A DNA stretch of 50,110 bases from Chara braunii (taxonomy: Eukaryota; Plantae; Charophyceae), in the NCBI GenBank assembly GCA_003427395.1, contig BFEA01000039.1, positions 1,311,315-1,361,424 of the forward strand. The letters run 5' to 3'. Below, one piece after another: positions 33,485-48,416 of this stretch (positions are counted from its first letter, which is position 1; each line of letters starts with the position of its first letter). Both the position numbers and the translations under genes were made by a program. The notes under the pieces are model-generated. The model was not told the origin of the DNA. It saw only the letters and a program-made list of their open reading frames with translations, and searched no databases.

Positions 33485-35019
33485 AGTCAGGCGTCTTTTG
33501 GAATGTCTTGCTGACTGAAAATGGCTAGTTGGGAGTCTTGGGACCTTTTGATGGGATAGTGGACCCAGTTTCCACTACAAGTGGAAGTTTATACTGGTCC
33601 CAGTGTCTTACTTGGTAGAGTTATGGGGTTCCTGGGCCTGAAGTGCAATCTTTTAATAAATCTTCGTTGCCCCCCTCCTCCNNNNNNNNNNNNNNNNNNN
33701 NNNNNNNNNNNNNNNNNNNNNCCCCCCCCCCCCCCCCCCCCCCCCCCGCCAACCCCAGCCAAGGAAAAAGGGAAAGAAAAAGGATGGACCGAAGGGGAAA
33801 ACAACAAACGCTTAGACCACCAGTACTTCAGGACTGTGAAGTGCCATGCACTGCTATACATGGTCCCATCTTTTTGGTTTACAGACCGCCCTGCCCTGGT
33901 GAGATTCATTTCCCCCAAGTAGTGGGTTACTTCGGCCCTTCCGATCCCAGAGCACTGGTGGTTTAAGAAAATGCAGCAGAAAAAAATCAATCTCTTGCCG
34001 CTGGGCTGACCTGGGGCTGCTGACACTGCAGCTTGGGACCCTTTAACCAGGGGTGTTATTTTTGGCGAATTTTGCACCGAATTGCACCGAAACTGTCACA
34101 TTGTGCTGTTTTTTTCAACTTTTTTGCTTTTTTTGAAATTTTTTCTTGTTTTTTCTTTTCTTTTCTGTGTGATATATACCAAAATTGCCGGCGAAAATGG
34201 CGAATATTTGGTCCCCCGTTAACCATCTCTCCCGGCTAGGCCTCTGGCCACTGCCTCAACATGCAATCGCCAGTTCTGTGTCTGCCCCTCGTTGTGTATT
34301 TGAATCACCAGTTTGCCAGGGACCTCTGAACACGTCTTGAGATTTTTCAAATGGAGTGCAAATTGACCTGGCTGCAGGCAGCTAGGCCTCCTGCCGCTGC
34401 CTCAACGTGCAACCAGCAGAGCCGCCCGCCAAATATTCTTCATATATAGGCAGCAACCAGCAGTGCTGGCCGCCAAATATTCTTCATATACAATGTTTGC
34501 TGCGTTCTTTCCCTCGTCGTGTCCTTAAACCGCCAGTTTGCATGGGCCTCTATACACATCTGACAGTTTTCTCATCCACTGGACTCTGAACTGGGCACAG
34601 GCAGGCCGGTACACGGAAAGTGTGACCTTGACATGCAACAGTGAAAGCATAGGTAGGCCAGCGGCCAACTGGTGGTTTGATCTCCTGTGCACTGAACCCT
34701 TAACTAGGCCAGTGGCCAACTGGTGGTTTGGTCTCCTGTGCAACTGGTGGTTTGGTCTCCTGTGCACTGAACCCCTTCGAGATGTGTCTGGTAGTTAGGC
34801 AGTGCCTGATAGAGGGCCTTTTGGACTATAAGGGGAGCTAGTGTGTCCGTCTTGCCTGTGTTTCTGTAGTGTTCCCTGAATCCCTGGTGGTGGTAGACAT
34901 TTGCGTATTGACTCCCTGGCTGTGGAGGATGTATGGACCTACAGTCTACGGAGTCTTCCATTGGGTGTGAGTAGGTAGTCTACTCTGATCTATGTGTGAA
35001 CTGGTGTTTGGTACGTGGC

Positions 35020-36479
35020 AGGTACCAGGCAGCCATGCAGCCAGGCAGGAAGACACAGGCAGGCAGGCAAGGTGGAAGGCTGGCAGGCAGGCAGGCACAG
35101 CCAGGCAGGCAAACAGGCAGGCTGGCAGGCAGGTAGGCAGCCATACAGCCAGGCAGCCAATGTAACCCAGCCAACCAACCCAGGTAGGCAGGCAGGCAGG
35201 CAGGCAGGCAGACAGACCAACTGACAGATGTACCAATGGACCCATGGACAGACAGACCAACAGACGGATGGACAGACAGAATGACAGACCGGCATACAGA
35301 TGGACAAATGGACAGACCGACCGACCAAATGATCGACGGAGACGGATAGACCGACGTACAGACAAATTGGGAATCAATAGATATATTAGACAGACAGACA
35401 GATTGGTTGGATAGACGAACATAGATTAGAGAGAAAACGGATGGATTAGACCGACAGACAGATATATTAGAGCAGATGGAGAGACAGCTAGCTGGCTGCC
35501 GGGCTGCATGGATGGATGGATGGATGGATAGATGGATTGATGGAGGGATGGAGGGATGGGTGGATGGATGGAGGGATGGAGGGATGGATGGATGGATGTG
35601 GATGTGGATGGATGGATGTGGATGTGGATGTGGATGGATGTGGACGTGGATATGGATGGACGGATGGATGTAGATGGGTGGATGGATGGATGTGGATGTC
35701 GATGTGAATGAGGATGTGGAAGGATGGATCGATGTGGATGTGGGTGGATGGATGGGTTTGGATGTGGATGTGGATGTGTACGGATAGGTGGATGTGGATG
35801 TGGATGGATGGATGGTTGTGGATGTGAATGGACGTATGTGGATGTGGGTGGATGGATGGGTTTGTATGTGGATGTGAATGTGGACGGATGGGTGGATGTG
35901 GATGTGGATGGATCGATGGTTGTGGATGTGGATGGATGGGTGGATGCGGATGCGGATGCGGATGCGGATGTGGATGGATGGATGGATGCGGATGTGGATA
36001 ATGTGGATGTGGATGTGGGTGGATTGATGGATGTGGATGTGGATGTGGATGAATGTGGGGATGGATGGATGGGTGGATGGATGGGGATGGTGGATGTATG
36101 TATGTATGTATGTATGTATGTATGTATGTATGTATGGATGGATGGATGGATGGATGTATGTATGTATGTATGCATGTATGTATGTATGTATGTATGTATG
36201 GATGGATGGATGGGGATGGTGGATGTATGGATGTATGTATGTATGTATGTATGTATGTATGTATGTATGTATGTATGGATGGATGGATGGATGGATGGAT
36301 GGATGGATGGATGGATGGATGTATGTATGTATGGATGGATGGATGGGGATGGATGAGATTCGATGGGAGATGGGTTTGGATGGGAGTGGCTGGGAGTGGC
36401 TGGGAGTGGCTGGGAGTGGCTGGGAGTGGCTGGGAGTGGCTGGGAGTGGCTGGGAGTGGATGGGATTCGGTTTGAGTCG

Positions 36480-36544
<65 letters not shown>

Positions 36545-36679
36545 GATAGATAGGTAGGTAGGTCGGTGGGTAGGTGGGTGGGTGGGTGGGTCGGTAGGTA
36601 GGTCGGTAGGTAGATAGGTAGACAGATAGACTGACAGACCCACCGACCGACCGACAGACAGACAGACAGACAGACAGAC

Positions 36680-36744
<65 letters not shown>

Positions 36745-36840
36745 TAGATAGAGAGACAGACAGACAAGATAGGTAGACAAACAAGGTAGACAGACAAGAT
36801 GAATAAAATAAGACAAATGAGATAAGATAATTAGATAAGA
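35020..36840. repeat. Compound microsatellite block (GGCA, GACA, GGAT/GGATGT, GTAT, GGGAGTGGCT, GATA, GACA)
   Basis: Directly visible. All overlapping long ORFs are low-complexity artefacts. Confidence 0.95.
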
Positions 36841-36894
36841 TTGATAGGATACAGTTTTTTCCTCCCCTTTTCTTTTTCTTCCCCCCCCTCTTCT

Positions 36895-39370
36895 CCTTTT
36901 TTTTGGTATTTTTTTTTTAATTTAAACAGGCCCTTATGGTCCTGGCTCGATATCCATTCTGGGGAGCGTCAGTCCGGTTCCTATTCCCCCGGCAAGTCAA
37001 AAATTGGATACATCATAGAACACGTTCACGCTTCCTTCCGTCTGGCCGAAGGAACCCTGACCAGCATTGATTGCTCCTTATAGGAGGAGTGACTGTCGGC
37101 TTGCCTTTCCCTGAACTCCCTCTCAGCTTTCCCTATGGAAACCTGTCAAATAGGTTTTAATCAGCTAGGATAACTAAGGAAAGAAAATGCTTCCACATGA
37201 AAGTGAAGGTTGTTGTTACTCCTTATGTAGCCTGTGGATCCTGTGCCCCCCCCATCGAGTGAGATATTGAATCTTCTCTCGCTGGTCTCCGAGTTGTGCC
37301 AATTTTTCCATCGTAGCTTATCTCTGCTATTTCCCCCCCCCCAACAGCCAGACCTTGACAAATCTGGAGAGGATACTGCGCTGTCGATCTTCATCTTCAG
37401 GGATGGAGAGTCTCATCTTGTGCCATCTGCATAGGATCTCTGCCTGGATCAGGGTCCTTGTCTCCACCCAAATCTTTTCTCTCGGAGTTGATAGTCGCTC
37501 GATGATTATGCTGCATCTCTCCTTCCAGATCTACCAGAGCGTTACTTTTCTGATCATGCCGTACCATATCTTCTCAGCGTTGTTGAAATCAGTAGGAATG
37601 TTAGTCCAGAGAAGAAGTTGGATGGGATGTTCAGGGAGAGGTGATGTGAAAAGGGAGTTCCAGAGGTCCGAGGCCCTGGCCCAATATTCCGTAGCGTCCT
37701 TGCAGCGAATTAGGCAGTGAATTATATCTTCTGGCTCGTTATTTGAGCAGACTGTGCATAGGTCTGAACTGTTAGGATCAGTCCTTTGTCTTCCCTTGTG
37801 GAGCCATTGGTTGACCGGTAGTGCCACGTATGCGATAAGTCATTGGAGACTCCTAATTTTCACAGGTCTGATTGATTTGAACTTCTTCCATGGGATTTGT
37901 GAGATGTGGTCTGCCTCTTGTCCGATTAATTTTGACCATCTACTTCTGATTACGGGTTCCGGGTCCTTGGTCTTAAGGAATAGCTTATACCCCATTTTGA
38001 CTGAGTAGTCCTGGATGTCTGTGTTAATGCTTTCGCTCCTCTCAGATGTCCAGGCCCATTCTGCTGGGTCGAATTCCAGGTCTTGGATTGGGGTGTCTAT
38101 TCTGAAGATTGATTTGGGCCAGGAACCTGTGACTCTACTTTCCTGAAGAGGGAAATGTCTAAACTTGTTCTTTCCACATCTTTGTCCAAGATAGATGCAG
38201 AGCCATGAGCTGATGTCACGATTGGGTAGGATGTGAACACCGCAACGGTACTCGATCCCAGTTGTTTGTGGGAGAACTGGTATGCTCTCACGGGTGGTTG
38301 TTCCTGTATCCGAATTCCCCACTCTCCCGTTTTCCATGTTGGGGTTCCCTTCAGCAGCTCTTTCCAGCCTTCCGGGATACAGTTAATGACTGTCTACAGA
38401 TTCCTATCTCTCCGGTGGCAGCCCTTGAGACGAGGGACAAGGTCCTGATCTGTTACCCAGTCGTTTCTCTCTTCATCCCATATGTGAGCGACCTTCCATA
38501 CTCCATGTTTTATCCACGATAGCCAACGTGTATCTCTTGGCTTAAGAGATAGCGAGTGATCACTTTCATCTCTCACCCACGGATTACCAAAGAGGGGTTG
38601 CCTCAGGACTTCTTCCCTGGTCCTAGGTTTGCCCTTTTTTTTCCAACATGATTTCTTGCCAGATCCGTAGCAGAGCTGCCGAATAGGGTGTGGGCGGGCT
38701 TGCTCCCTGAGGATTGCCCCCTCGTCAATGGTTTCTGCGTCATGTTTTCAAGCCTTCAAGGTCGATTCCTTATTCATCACCCAGAACAAGCCAGACATGT
38801 TTGCTGGTGTAGGTACCGGGGCTAGGCTTCTGATGCTATCCAATGCTAACTTATTCCAAGCTGTGCCCGGTTTGGTGAGAAGTTTGATGATCCATTTGAT
38901 TTGGAGTGCCTTAGTTTCCTGTTTGGGGTCTATGATGCCCATACCTCCTCTGCTGGGTTTCCTCCCCTTTTCTGCTGTATGCAATGTATATTGTTTTTTT
39001 CTTGTTACTTTTTTTTTTGACAGGGCGACTACCTTTATGTATCATCTCCGAAGTGATGGGCCCCAGGTTAAATCATAGTTTTCTCACTCATCTGATTGCA
39101 TCTGGATTCAAACTGGGGTCCGTATTTCAACAGTTCATGGGTGTACCAACTGAGCTAGGCCAGTTGGAGGATCTACTTTTTCAACTTTTTCTTAAATATC
39201 GTTCGGTTTTCGTTTTTTGCCTGCGGTGACCTGCACAAATTGACGTATGAGATTCCTGCAGTTTCTGAGATTGCACTTTTGATCTGCTTTCTAAGAATTC
39301 CAAGTCTGGGTCTGTTCTGATTGTGAGTTGCTGTGTTTTCTAATTGTGTATGTGATTTACCACCAACGTG
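36895..39370 (-). mobile_element. 5'-truncated, decayed L1-type LINE (C-terminal part of ORF2 and 3' UTR)
   Basis: Minus-strand fragments KPSRGGMGIIDPKQETKALQIKWIIKLL, WIKHGVWKVAHIWD, YSVKMGY and zf-RVT LPVNQWL...CTVCSNNEPEDIIHCLIRCKDATEYW. A T-rich (poly-A on minus) end lies at ~36895-36920 next to the microsatellite. Confidence 0.82.
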
Positions 39371-39689
39371 CATGGGTCGTGTGCTTGCCTGAGTCCAAAG
39401 TCTGTATCTGTAAGCTAACTCTGTTGGCCGTGTGTGTGTCTGACTGTGCCTCAGACATGGACAAGGTAATAATAGAGAGTCAGCGAGGCGTAGGACGGAA
39501 AGTTAACGGTAGAACATATTGGAGATAGTTTAGTGACCAGGAACACAAGTAAAATTTGCTAGGGACCCAGGAGGGGTTTTCCAGTAATTTGGTTGGGCCC
39601 GCTTGTATCTATCCTCTAGGTAATGATGGTCCGGGGCCTGAATGTAGGCGGGTGGTTGTGTAGGTTCAGGGCCCATAGGTAGATTTCAC

Positions 39690-40547
39690 TGTGCAATGAT
39701 GTTACTGCCAAACGGAGTGAACACCCAGTAGGCCTAGTGCACTCAAGCAAGGCCGGCAGTACCTGGCTGGGAGGTACCAGAGGCCGAGCGACAAAATATA
39801 TCATTCGGTGCAATGACCAGTCTGTTCACCCGTTAGTCATGCTGCTACTCCGCTAAGAGGAGGAACTTTCGGAGCTCTTGGAGGAAGAAGGTGGAGCTCG
39901 AGGGAGATGAAGAAGACCTCCATGGCTATGGAGGCGTAGTAGTAGTAGTCATAGGCTATGCAGGTCAGGTACAAAGACCTCTAGCTATGATACCAAGGAG
40001 GTGGAAACCAGGAAGGAGACTCATCTTTCGCTAAGGTGCACTTGCATCTTCATCTCCAAGGTTGGCACTACATCAGGAAGGACCATGAAGGGGTTCTGGT
40101 GGGTTATGAACTTCATCCGGTAGTAAAGGCTAGGCGGATGTTGGTGGAGAGGACATGGGAGCATTTGCATTGTCCTTGGAACATCTGAGCTAGGCTTGTA
40201 TGTTCTGCCATAGCCAGATGTCATTCTGAGGTATTGAGGGGGTGTCAAAGGAGGGCTCTTTACAAGGCTGGCAGTAAGTGGGGGTAAGTGGGCATTCATT
40301 CTGCATCTTTTATTCACTGCAGTTGCCTATTTCTTGTTAATAAGAAGATGGTGGAGAGGATGATGGCGAGATGATGGAAGCGAGGTGAGGGAGATGGTAT
40401 TGGTTCCAGCTTTTGTTTTTCTTCCTTTTCTTTCCTTCGTTCTTCTCTTTCCTTTGTCCCATTCTACTTCCATGTTTCTTTCATTTGAGTTGCAATTCTA
40501 GAATAGTCTCTTCTTGAGTTTCACAATATGAACTGACCAGGGTCATA
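39690..40547. repeat. Diverged local duplication, copy A (copy B at ~41680-43413)
   Basis: Shared blocks tgcaat..gtt.c.g.caaacgg, ggagctc.tggaggaagaaggtgg.gct.gaggg.gatgaagaagacc.ccatggc.atggagg, gacctctagcta, gagggct.tt.acaag.ct.gcagtaag and ttgag.tgcaatt...ctgac.agg..cata. Confidence 0.75.
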
Positions 40548-41494
40548 GAGTTCCCCTTATTTTAGCGGCCGAGGTCGCAACAGGTCATCTAGTTAGAACA
40601 TGGTACCCATTCCAGCTTCACCTGAAGCACATACGAGGTAGGGGCTATAATACTGCTTTATCATTCGCGTACTTTGCCAACTGCTACAGCAACCACTCTG
40701 GACGCAGACATGAAGGGCATAACATAAAGGAACAGATGTGGTTCGAAGTCTGAGGTATGTGTAGCACACGGATGAACAGACCCAGAGACACAAACAAATG
40801 CGCAGATGCACTGTTAGTGGTGTTGTTGTTATTACTCCTACCGCTGTCTGCAGTCAGGGATGCAAATGTGCATTGGAGGAAGATGGAGGGAGGGGAGTGT
40901 GGAGAGGAGGAGGACTGAGTTATTCATCAACAAGGAGGAGAAAGGCCAGGGGGAACGAGCCGTATATGATCCTCCTCTTCTTTCTTCCTCCCATTTTCTG
41001 TGATGGTGTTGCGCCTCCCCCCCTCTCTCCCCCCTAAGCCCCACTTAAATGAAGTTAAATCTCAACTTGTACATGTCAACCTTGAAGGTGTGATGGTATC
41101 TTGTTCTTCCACTATGGATGGCATTCTTGATTCTGTTGCTTTGAGCTTCAGCTGATAGGACCATTCTTTGCCACAATCTGTATAGTATATTGCTCAGTGC
41201 ATAGCAACTAAATCTGTTTTCAGTGCTGCGTTTCTGTGCCTGCGACTGGGGTAGATTGATAATAGGTATATGCACAGGGACAGACCCGAAATTTGGCAAC
41301 AGAAGAACTTACCGGAAACTCCAGAGGGCCAGGGTAGTTGTAGAGTTTGATAGGCACCCGGTAGGCCTTTTTTCAGCAACTCGGGCAGGCCCAGGTAGCT
41401 CCAGTAAGCTCAGGGGAAAAGTCCAGTAGCTTCCAAAAAGTCACAATGGTCCAGGGCCAGTATATAGAGAGGTATTAGGTTATATTCAGGTCCT

Positions 41495-41825
41495 GGGGAT
41501 AGCTGCAGACTGCAATAATGTTCCTGCCAAACGGCAGGAACTTCAATTATCTCCAGTGCAGCAAGGGGAGGCCAAGCTACAGTGAAATTCAGCTGAAATC
41601 CTGAAAGCTACCGTAGCTTCGGAAGGAAAAGAGTATAACACTCGGTGCAATCGGCAGCTGAGGCTGGGGTTAGCTGCGGATTGCAATAACGTTCCCGTCA
41701 AACGGCAGGAACTTCAATTAGCTTCAGTGCAGCAAGGGGAGGCCAAGCTATAGTGGAATTCGGCTGAAAGCCTGAAAGCTACCGTAGCTTCGGAAGGAAA
41801 AGAGTATAACATTCTGTGCAATTGC
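41495..41825. repeat. ~171-bp tandem duplication
   Basis: gggg(a/t)tagctgc.ga.tgcaataa.gttcc.g.caaacggcaggaacttcaatta...gaaggaaaagagtataaca.tc.gtgcaat at ~41495 and ~41666. Confidence 0.88.
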
Positions 41826-42004
41826 CTCGGCTGTCATACTGCTGCTCTGCCAAGCGGGAGAAGTGGCGGAGCTCCTGGAGGAAGAAGGTGGGGCTGGAGG
41901 GTGATGAAGAAGACCGCCATGGCGATGGAGGTATAGTAGGGAGGGGCAGGAGGAGTCCTAGGCTATGGAGGTAATGGAGAAGGACCTCTAGCTAGGCTAT
42001 GGAG

Positions 42005-42248
42005 CATACTTGCGGCGCATCGACGTGCGCTGCACCGCGCACACGCGCCGCACTGCGCACAGCACACGACGCGCGCGCACTGGGTGCGGCGCACCTGGAA
42101 AACAAGGGGTCGAGGGAAAAAAAAATAAAGTTGGGGAGGGGTGTTTTAGACCCGAGTGGGATGTCGCGTCATAAACCACAAAAAAATATTAACAAAAATT
42201 TGAGGCCGCGCGGGGCCTCCGAAAAAAAAAAGGGGGGAAGTTCGTTTT

Positions 42249-42300
<52 letters not shown>

Positions 42301-42653
42301 NNNNNNNNNNNNNNNNNNNNNNNNNNNNNNNNNNNNNNNNNNNNNNNNNNNNNNNNNNNNNNNNNNNNNNNNNNNNNNNNNNNNNNNNNNNNNNNNNNNN
42401 NNNNNNNNNNNNNNNNNNNNNNNNNNNNNNNNNNNNNNNNNNNNNNNNNNNNNNNNNNNNNNNNNNNNNNNNNNNNNNNNNNNNNNNNNNNNNNNNNNNN
42501 NNNNNNNNNNNNNNNNNNNNNNNNNNNNNNNNNNNNNNNNNNNNNNNNNNNNNNNNNNNNNNNNNNNNNNNNNNNNNNNNNNNNNNNNNNNNNNNNNNNN
42601 NNNNNNNNNNNNNNNNNNNNNNNNNNNNNNNNNNNNNCGGCGGAAGAAGTCGG

Positions 42654-42714
<61 letters not shown>

Positions 42715-42898
42715 AAAATCAAATGAATCTACCCCTAGAACATGGAAATATACATTACGCTTGCGCGCAGCGTGCACTGCGCACCCAGATGCGCGGCGCG
42801 CACCGGTGCGCACGCACCCTGGGTCCGCGCACAGCGCACCACACAGCGCACCGTACAGCGCACCGCGCAGTGCACAGTGCCGGTGCGCCGCAAGTATG
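42005..42898. mobile_element. Non-autonomous hAT-type DNA transposon
   Basis: TIRs CATACTTGCGGCGCA and TGCGCCGCAAGTATG, a perfect 8-bp TSD ctatggag (41997-42004 and 42899-42906), and subterminal gcgcac repeats. It is absent from duplication copy A. Confidence 0.9.
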
Positions 42899-43579
42899 CT
42901 ATGGAGATGAACGAGGAGGAAGGGGAAGGCAACTGGGAAGGGCACTCCCTTTGGGCTATGGTGATCTGCATCGTCATCTCCGAGGTTGGCAACAGATTTT
43001 CATCCGGAGGTGTGGGCTGAAAATTGTTTGTAGAGGGCATAGAAACATTTGCATCGTACTTTGGACATCGATAAGGTCTTTGGATGTTCCACCATAGCCT
43101 GATGCCATATTGAGGTAGAACAGAGGTGTAGGAGGTCAAGGAGGGCTGTTCACAAGACTAGCAGTAAGGGGGAGTAGCCGACATTAGTTATGGCTCTTCA
43201 TTTTGTTGCTGTTTATTCATAATATGAGGATGGAGGAGACAATGTTGGGAGAGATGATGGAGGTGAGATGAGGGGAGATGCTTCTTCTTCTTCTCCTCTT
43301 CATTCTTCTTCTTCTTCTTTTGACTCATTCTTCCAGCAGTCTCCTTGCATTTGAGCTGCAATTGAATGGCATTCTCTTCATGAATTTTGCATTGTGAGCT
43401 GACAGGGATCATAACACACTGTTCATCCCCACACCCCTGACCCCACACCCCCGACCCCACACCCCCGACCCCACACCCAAATCCCAAATAACCACAGTAT
43501 AACGAATACTCAACTTCAAATCAGCCCCTCTTATTAAAATGCCAGTCAACTGTCCCTTCTGACCGTTGAGTTAAGACTC

Positions 43580-43850
43580 CCAATCGGTCCTAGCTCGGAG
43601 TTGGGACTTGTGGTAGGCCCAAGCTCCGACTTATGACCTATGGTAGGTCCTCACTCTGAGTTAGAGCTCCAGTAGGTTCTTGCTCGGAGTTAGGACCTGT
43701 GGTAGGTCCTAACTCAGGGTTAGGACGTGCAGTAGGTCCTAACTCGCAGTCAGGACTTATCTTAGGTCTTACCTCTGACTTGGGATGTGCAGTAGGCCCT
43801 AACTCTCAGTTGGAAACTGACGTAGGTCCTGACTCTCATACTTGGTGGAC
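43580..43850. repeat. Degenerate ~30-bp minisatellite
   Basis: About 9 units of gtaggtcctaactcggagttaggacctgtg-like sequence. Confidence 0.75.
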
Positions 43851-44523
43851 AAAACTTATGCCGGAATCAAAGCTGGAGCATGCACTGAAGCCTATGGAGC
43901 TTGACTCTTGTTCGACTCTGTGCGATGACTTGAGAGGTGTAGAATAAGTGGTACTTTTACAGCGCTGCTGAGCTGGTGAAATGCCACCACTTTTTTCATT
44001 TTTCTTTGAGGGGTTCGCCCCGTACTCTGCCGTGTTCATCTGATTCCATCAGATTCGAACTCATGTCCTGTTCACTAACAGCTACACGTGTACCATTCAG
44101 ATTCGAACTCATGTTCACTAACAGCTACACGTGTACCATTCAACCACATGGGCTGGGCAACTCCGCTATGATGTTATTAATAACTTATTATACTGTAATT
44201 AATAATTATAGACTTATAGTTATATGTGTTGCATTCTGTGTTACTAGGTAGGGGTAGGTTCTTGCATACAGCCATACTTCTCAAGGGTTGATTTCTGTGT
44301 TCCTAGGTAGGGGTAGGTTCTTGCATACAGCAGGGGTTGTTTTTTTCTTTTTTTCCAGTCTGAGATGAAACACATCGCATATTTGTCTGCAAATTTTTTA
44401 ATTGGGGGGCGTGGGGGAGGGATTTAGAGAGACGTTGGAAAAAAAAAAAAAAAAAAAAGCTCGCCATTTCTTTCCTTTGCAGGCGATCACGATTGGACAG
44501 TGTGAAGGGGTATTCAGCTGCCT

Positions 44524-44865
44524 CCCTGACCCCTTTATAACTGCAGTGGTGGGGCCATCTACAGTCCTGTTACCCCTCGTTGAGTTTTCCTCTACGGTCA
44601 TCAGATTTTGCCGACGACTCTGGTATGGTCCGTTGTGGGCAGGTGCCACATACGGTAGGCTAAGCCTACGCTGGTTATATGATGTGAAGCGAGGTGCGGT
44701 ATTTTGAATGTTAAGTTGACCCTGACCCCTTTATAACTCCAGTGGTGGGCCCATCTACTACGGTCATCAGGTTGTGCCTACGACTCTGGTATGTCCCATT
44801 GTGGGGAGGTGCCACGTATGGTAGGCGTGATTATATGATGTGAAGCGAGGTGTGGTATTTTGAAT
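44524..44865. repeat. Imperfect direct duplication (~150-190 bp)
   Basis: ccctgacccctttataact.cagtggtggg.ccatctac...cgactctggtatg...ttatatgatgtgaagcgaggtg.ggtattttgaat at ~44524 and ~44720. Confidence 0.8.
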
Positions 44866-45539
44866 ATGAGGTTGACAATTTGGAAATTTCCCCTTCCCGA
44901 CGCAACTCGAACATAAATGAGTCTGGAGCCACCAACAGAAGCATGGAGTTTCTGATTACTATGATGGAGGCCAGAAAGTATGGGATTGAGGCCTCCCATG
45001 GCCTGTTTTTGACCATCATCCCTCTGCCAGATGTCCACAAAACAATTTGCGGAACAAACGGATGGATGATCGGTGTTAAGTTCTAAGAGGGCGGAGAGGA
45101 CAGAGGCAGAACAAGCAGACCTTTTGAGGCAGAAACTGTGGGTAGTAAGGGAATGCAAAGGATGCGGGAGTCAGGGATCAGGAGGATTTGACAGCATGAA
45201 ACAGTGCAAAATTGGGTATCAATTCCAACATCTGCAGCTGTGCCAGCGAGGTAAGGTATTTTGAATGCGCATAGGATAAATCATTAAAACGACAATTTAT
45301 CTAGGTGTAGGTATATATGTATACAACAGCGATCCCTTGATACGAGAAGTGGCATGCAGAAAATGCTGTCCTATTGAAACACCTGGGAAGCGTTTGGGCC
45401 CAGCTCAGAGTGGGCCAATTCATCAATCGTCAGTAGAAAAAGTCCTCACAGTCCCACAACCAACATCATCCAGAAAGGATGACAGACTGACTCACGGACT
45501 TACTGGGCAAGCAGTAGCAGACTCATGCAACAGGTTGAC

Positions 45540-46282
<743 letters not shown>

Positions 46283-47262
46283 ACCTCTTGAAGCCACTTG
46301 CTCTCGCTATTGCTCAAACTAGCTATAGCTACTGACACCCAGCGCGGTTGACTACTTCCTACTGCAGCGCACAGCAGAGTATCCCAGAGTAGCACCGCAG
46401 TGCTTCTGCCTGGTGACACAAGTGAATATGTGTTGACAACTTCAACATCTGGACTTCTGTGACCAATGATTCGCCTTCATGACTTCCTCTTCCGGTTATG
46501 GGCCAGTACCCTCTGCCTTTGTTTGTCGCTTTGGAAGTTTGCCGACTTTCCTGGGACTTTGCTGCTGACTGGCAACCGACAAAACGAGCCTATTAACTTA
46601 CACAGATTTCTCCTAAGCCTACCGGTACCTACCAAATCTTCCTATGTCGGCCTGCTTCCACTAACCTACCTGGGACTCGGGAATATTGTGCATGCGACGA
46701 AGACTGGGAGCGGAACTGGGACTGGGACCAGTCTGACAGCGTTGAAATTCTTTCAATATTGCCATACTGGCAGATCTTTGCAGAAGGTAACAAAGATGGT
46801 GGGTTCACCAGGACTATCATCCATATTATATGGTTCACAATGATTAGTACATTATGTATCATAAACTCGTTATCTATTGACTTGCAAGGGAGGACTGATG
46901 GGTTAGGTTGGATTAAAGTCAGTAGAAGAAGAGATATGTATGCCGGCCATAATTGTCCAGTGACCATTGGGTCTGCTGTGTAAGTGTGAGCATCGGGCTC
47001 AGAGTTAGCACAGCTGTTAGCCGGAGTTGCGCCAGGCATATGTGTACGCCTGCTGTTCAGAGTTAGCACATATGTTATCCGACGTTGCCCTATGACATAC
47101 CGGCCCATACATGCTATGGAAGGCACCGGGGCGTTTTTGTACATTTTACTTCTATCAATCAATGTACAATGTAGTATGTTGTATGTACCGATTTCCGTGC
47201 ACTTCTTTTTGTTTTCTATCCAAAAACGTTCCTTTGTGGGTGCAGCAGCTACAGGGCTGTTT

Positions 47263-47360
47263 TATTCTTGAGAGTAGCAGTACGATTCCCTCCCACTAGC
47301 AAGTTCGTAGCTATTCTTGAGAGTAGCAGTACGATTCCCTCCCACTAGCAAGTTCGTAGC
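47263..47360. repeat. Perfect 49-bp tandem duplication
   Basis: tattcttgagagtagcagtacgattccctcccactagcaagttcgtagc occurs twice in tandem. Confidence 0.9.
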
Positions 47361-48416
47361 ACAGTAGCTCTTAAAGAACGATGGACAGTCTTCAAGCTAG
47401 TCTTCCTCAGTTGGCACCCTCTCCTTCCTTTGCACACAAGGCCTTGTAGTTCGTAAATTATTGACCGTTTCCGCAGCTTGTTCTCTCCTTTTATGCTACA
47501 CAATAGGTTTCCAACTTTCCAGTAAAAGTCCAGGGGTGTGTACCAATAGTCTGCAGAGTGAGTGATAACACGAAAATAATTCAAAATGTGTCAAACTTCA
47601 TGGATTTCTCTGCGGTACCTGGGATTTTGAGTCGCAACTCGTCTGGGTGCACACATTCAACCTGGGCTTTTTTTGAGTCGCAACTCATCTGGATGCACAC
47701 ATTCAACCAAGTGGTTCAGTCTAGGACTATGCCAGACCCGCGAAAAGGACTGTGGACCATTCTAGACCCCCTGGTTGAGACCAGGAACACGCTGGACCAC
47801 TTGGGTCAGACCAGGACCATGCTGGACCTGTTAAATGAGCTGTGGACCGCACTGGACCACGCGGTCGAGACATGAACACATGGTTTAGAGTCTTAGACCT
47901 TGTGGCAATTTTCTGGCCAACAGGTCTGCCACAGCCCTTTTAACGGAAACTCAGACTCAGCTGCATTGCACTTTCCTCTTGGAACCAGACCACCTTTGTT
48001 CGAGTGGTGTTAGGCGGAAGGGTGGTAAGGTTGCCCTGGCAACCACATTTTTCTACGAGTTGCACTCACATTGAAAGTAACGACTTGGGTGACTTGTATC
48101 AGTGCACTCTCAGGCCATCCACTACTGGAATTGGAAACGAACCGGGAAACTAGTGGTGGCCTTGTTGGGAAAACGCCTAGAGGTCCAACTTAGCTGCACA
48201 AACTGCAAATATCTGCAACTGCAAGGCATTTGTCATTTGCACCAGCTCATGGGCAGGGTATAATTTTGGGAAAGGTTTTTGAGACCCACCCGAGCTGCGC
48301 TGTGGCATACTCAGTTCCACACGGGCCCCGCAGAGCCCGACAGTAGGGTTAGGGTTTTTCGTAGGGTTTAGGGTCTGTGTCATTTCGGCTGTAATAGGCC
48401 CCATAGGACCCAGTGG

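Noticed and set aside
34045-34235. Possible DNA-transposon end (caggggtgtt... with ggcgaa/accgaa subterminal motifs)
   Set aside because: No matching second TIR or TSD could be identified.
34946-36816. ORFs of 140-605 aa rich in H/P/S/I or G/W/M/D
   Set aside because: Compound microsatellite translations.
48343-48373. Telomere-like tagggttaggg/tttaggg motifs
   Set aside because: Only 3-4 degenerate units, too short to call an interstitial telomere.
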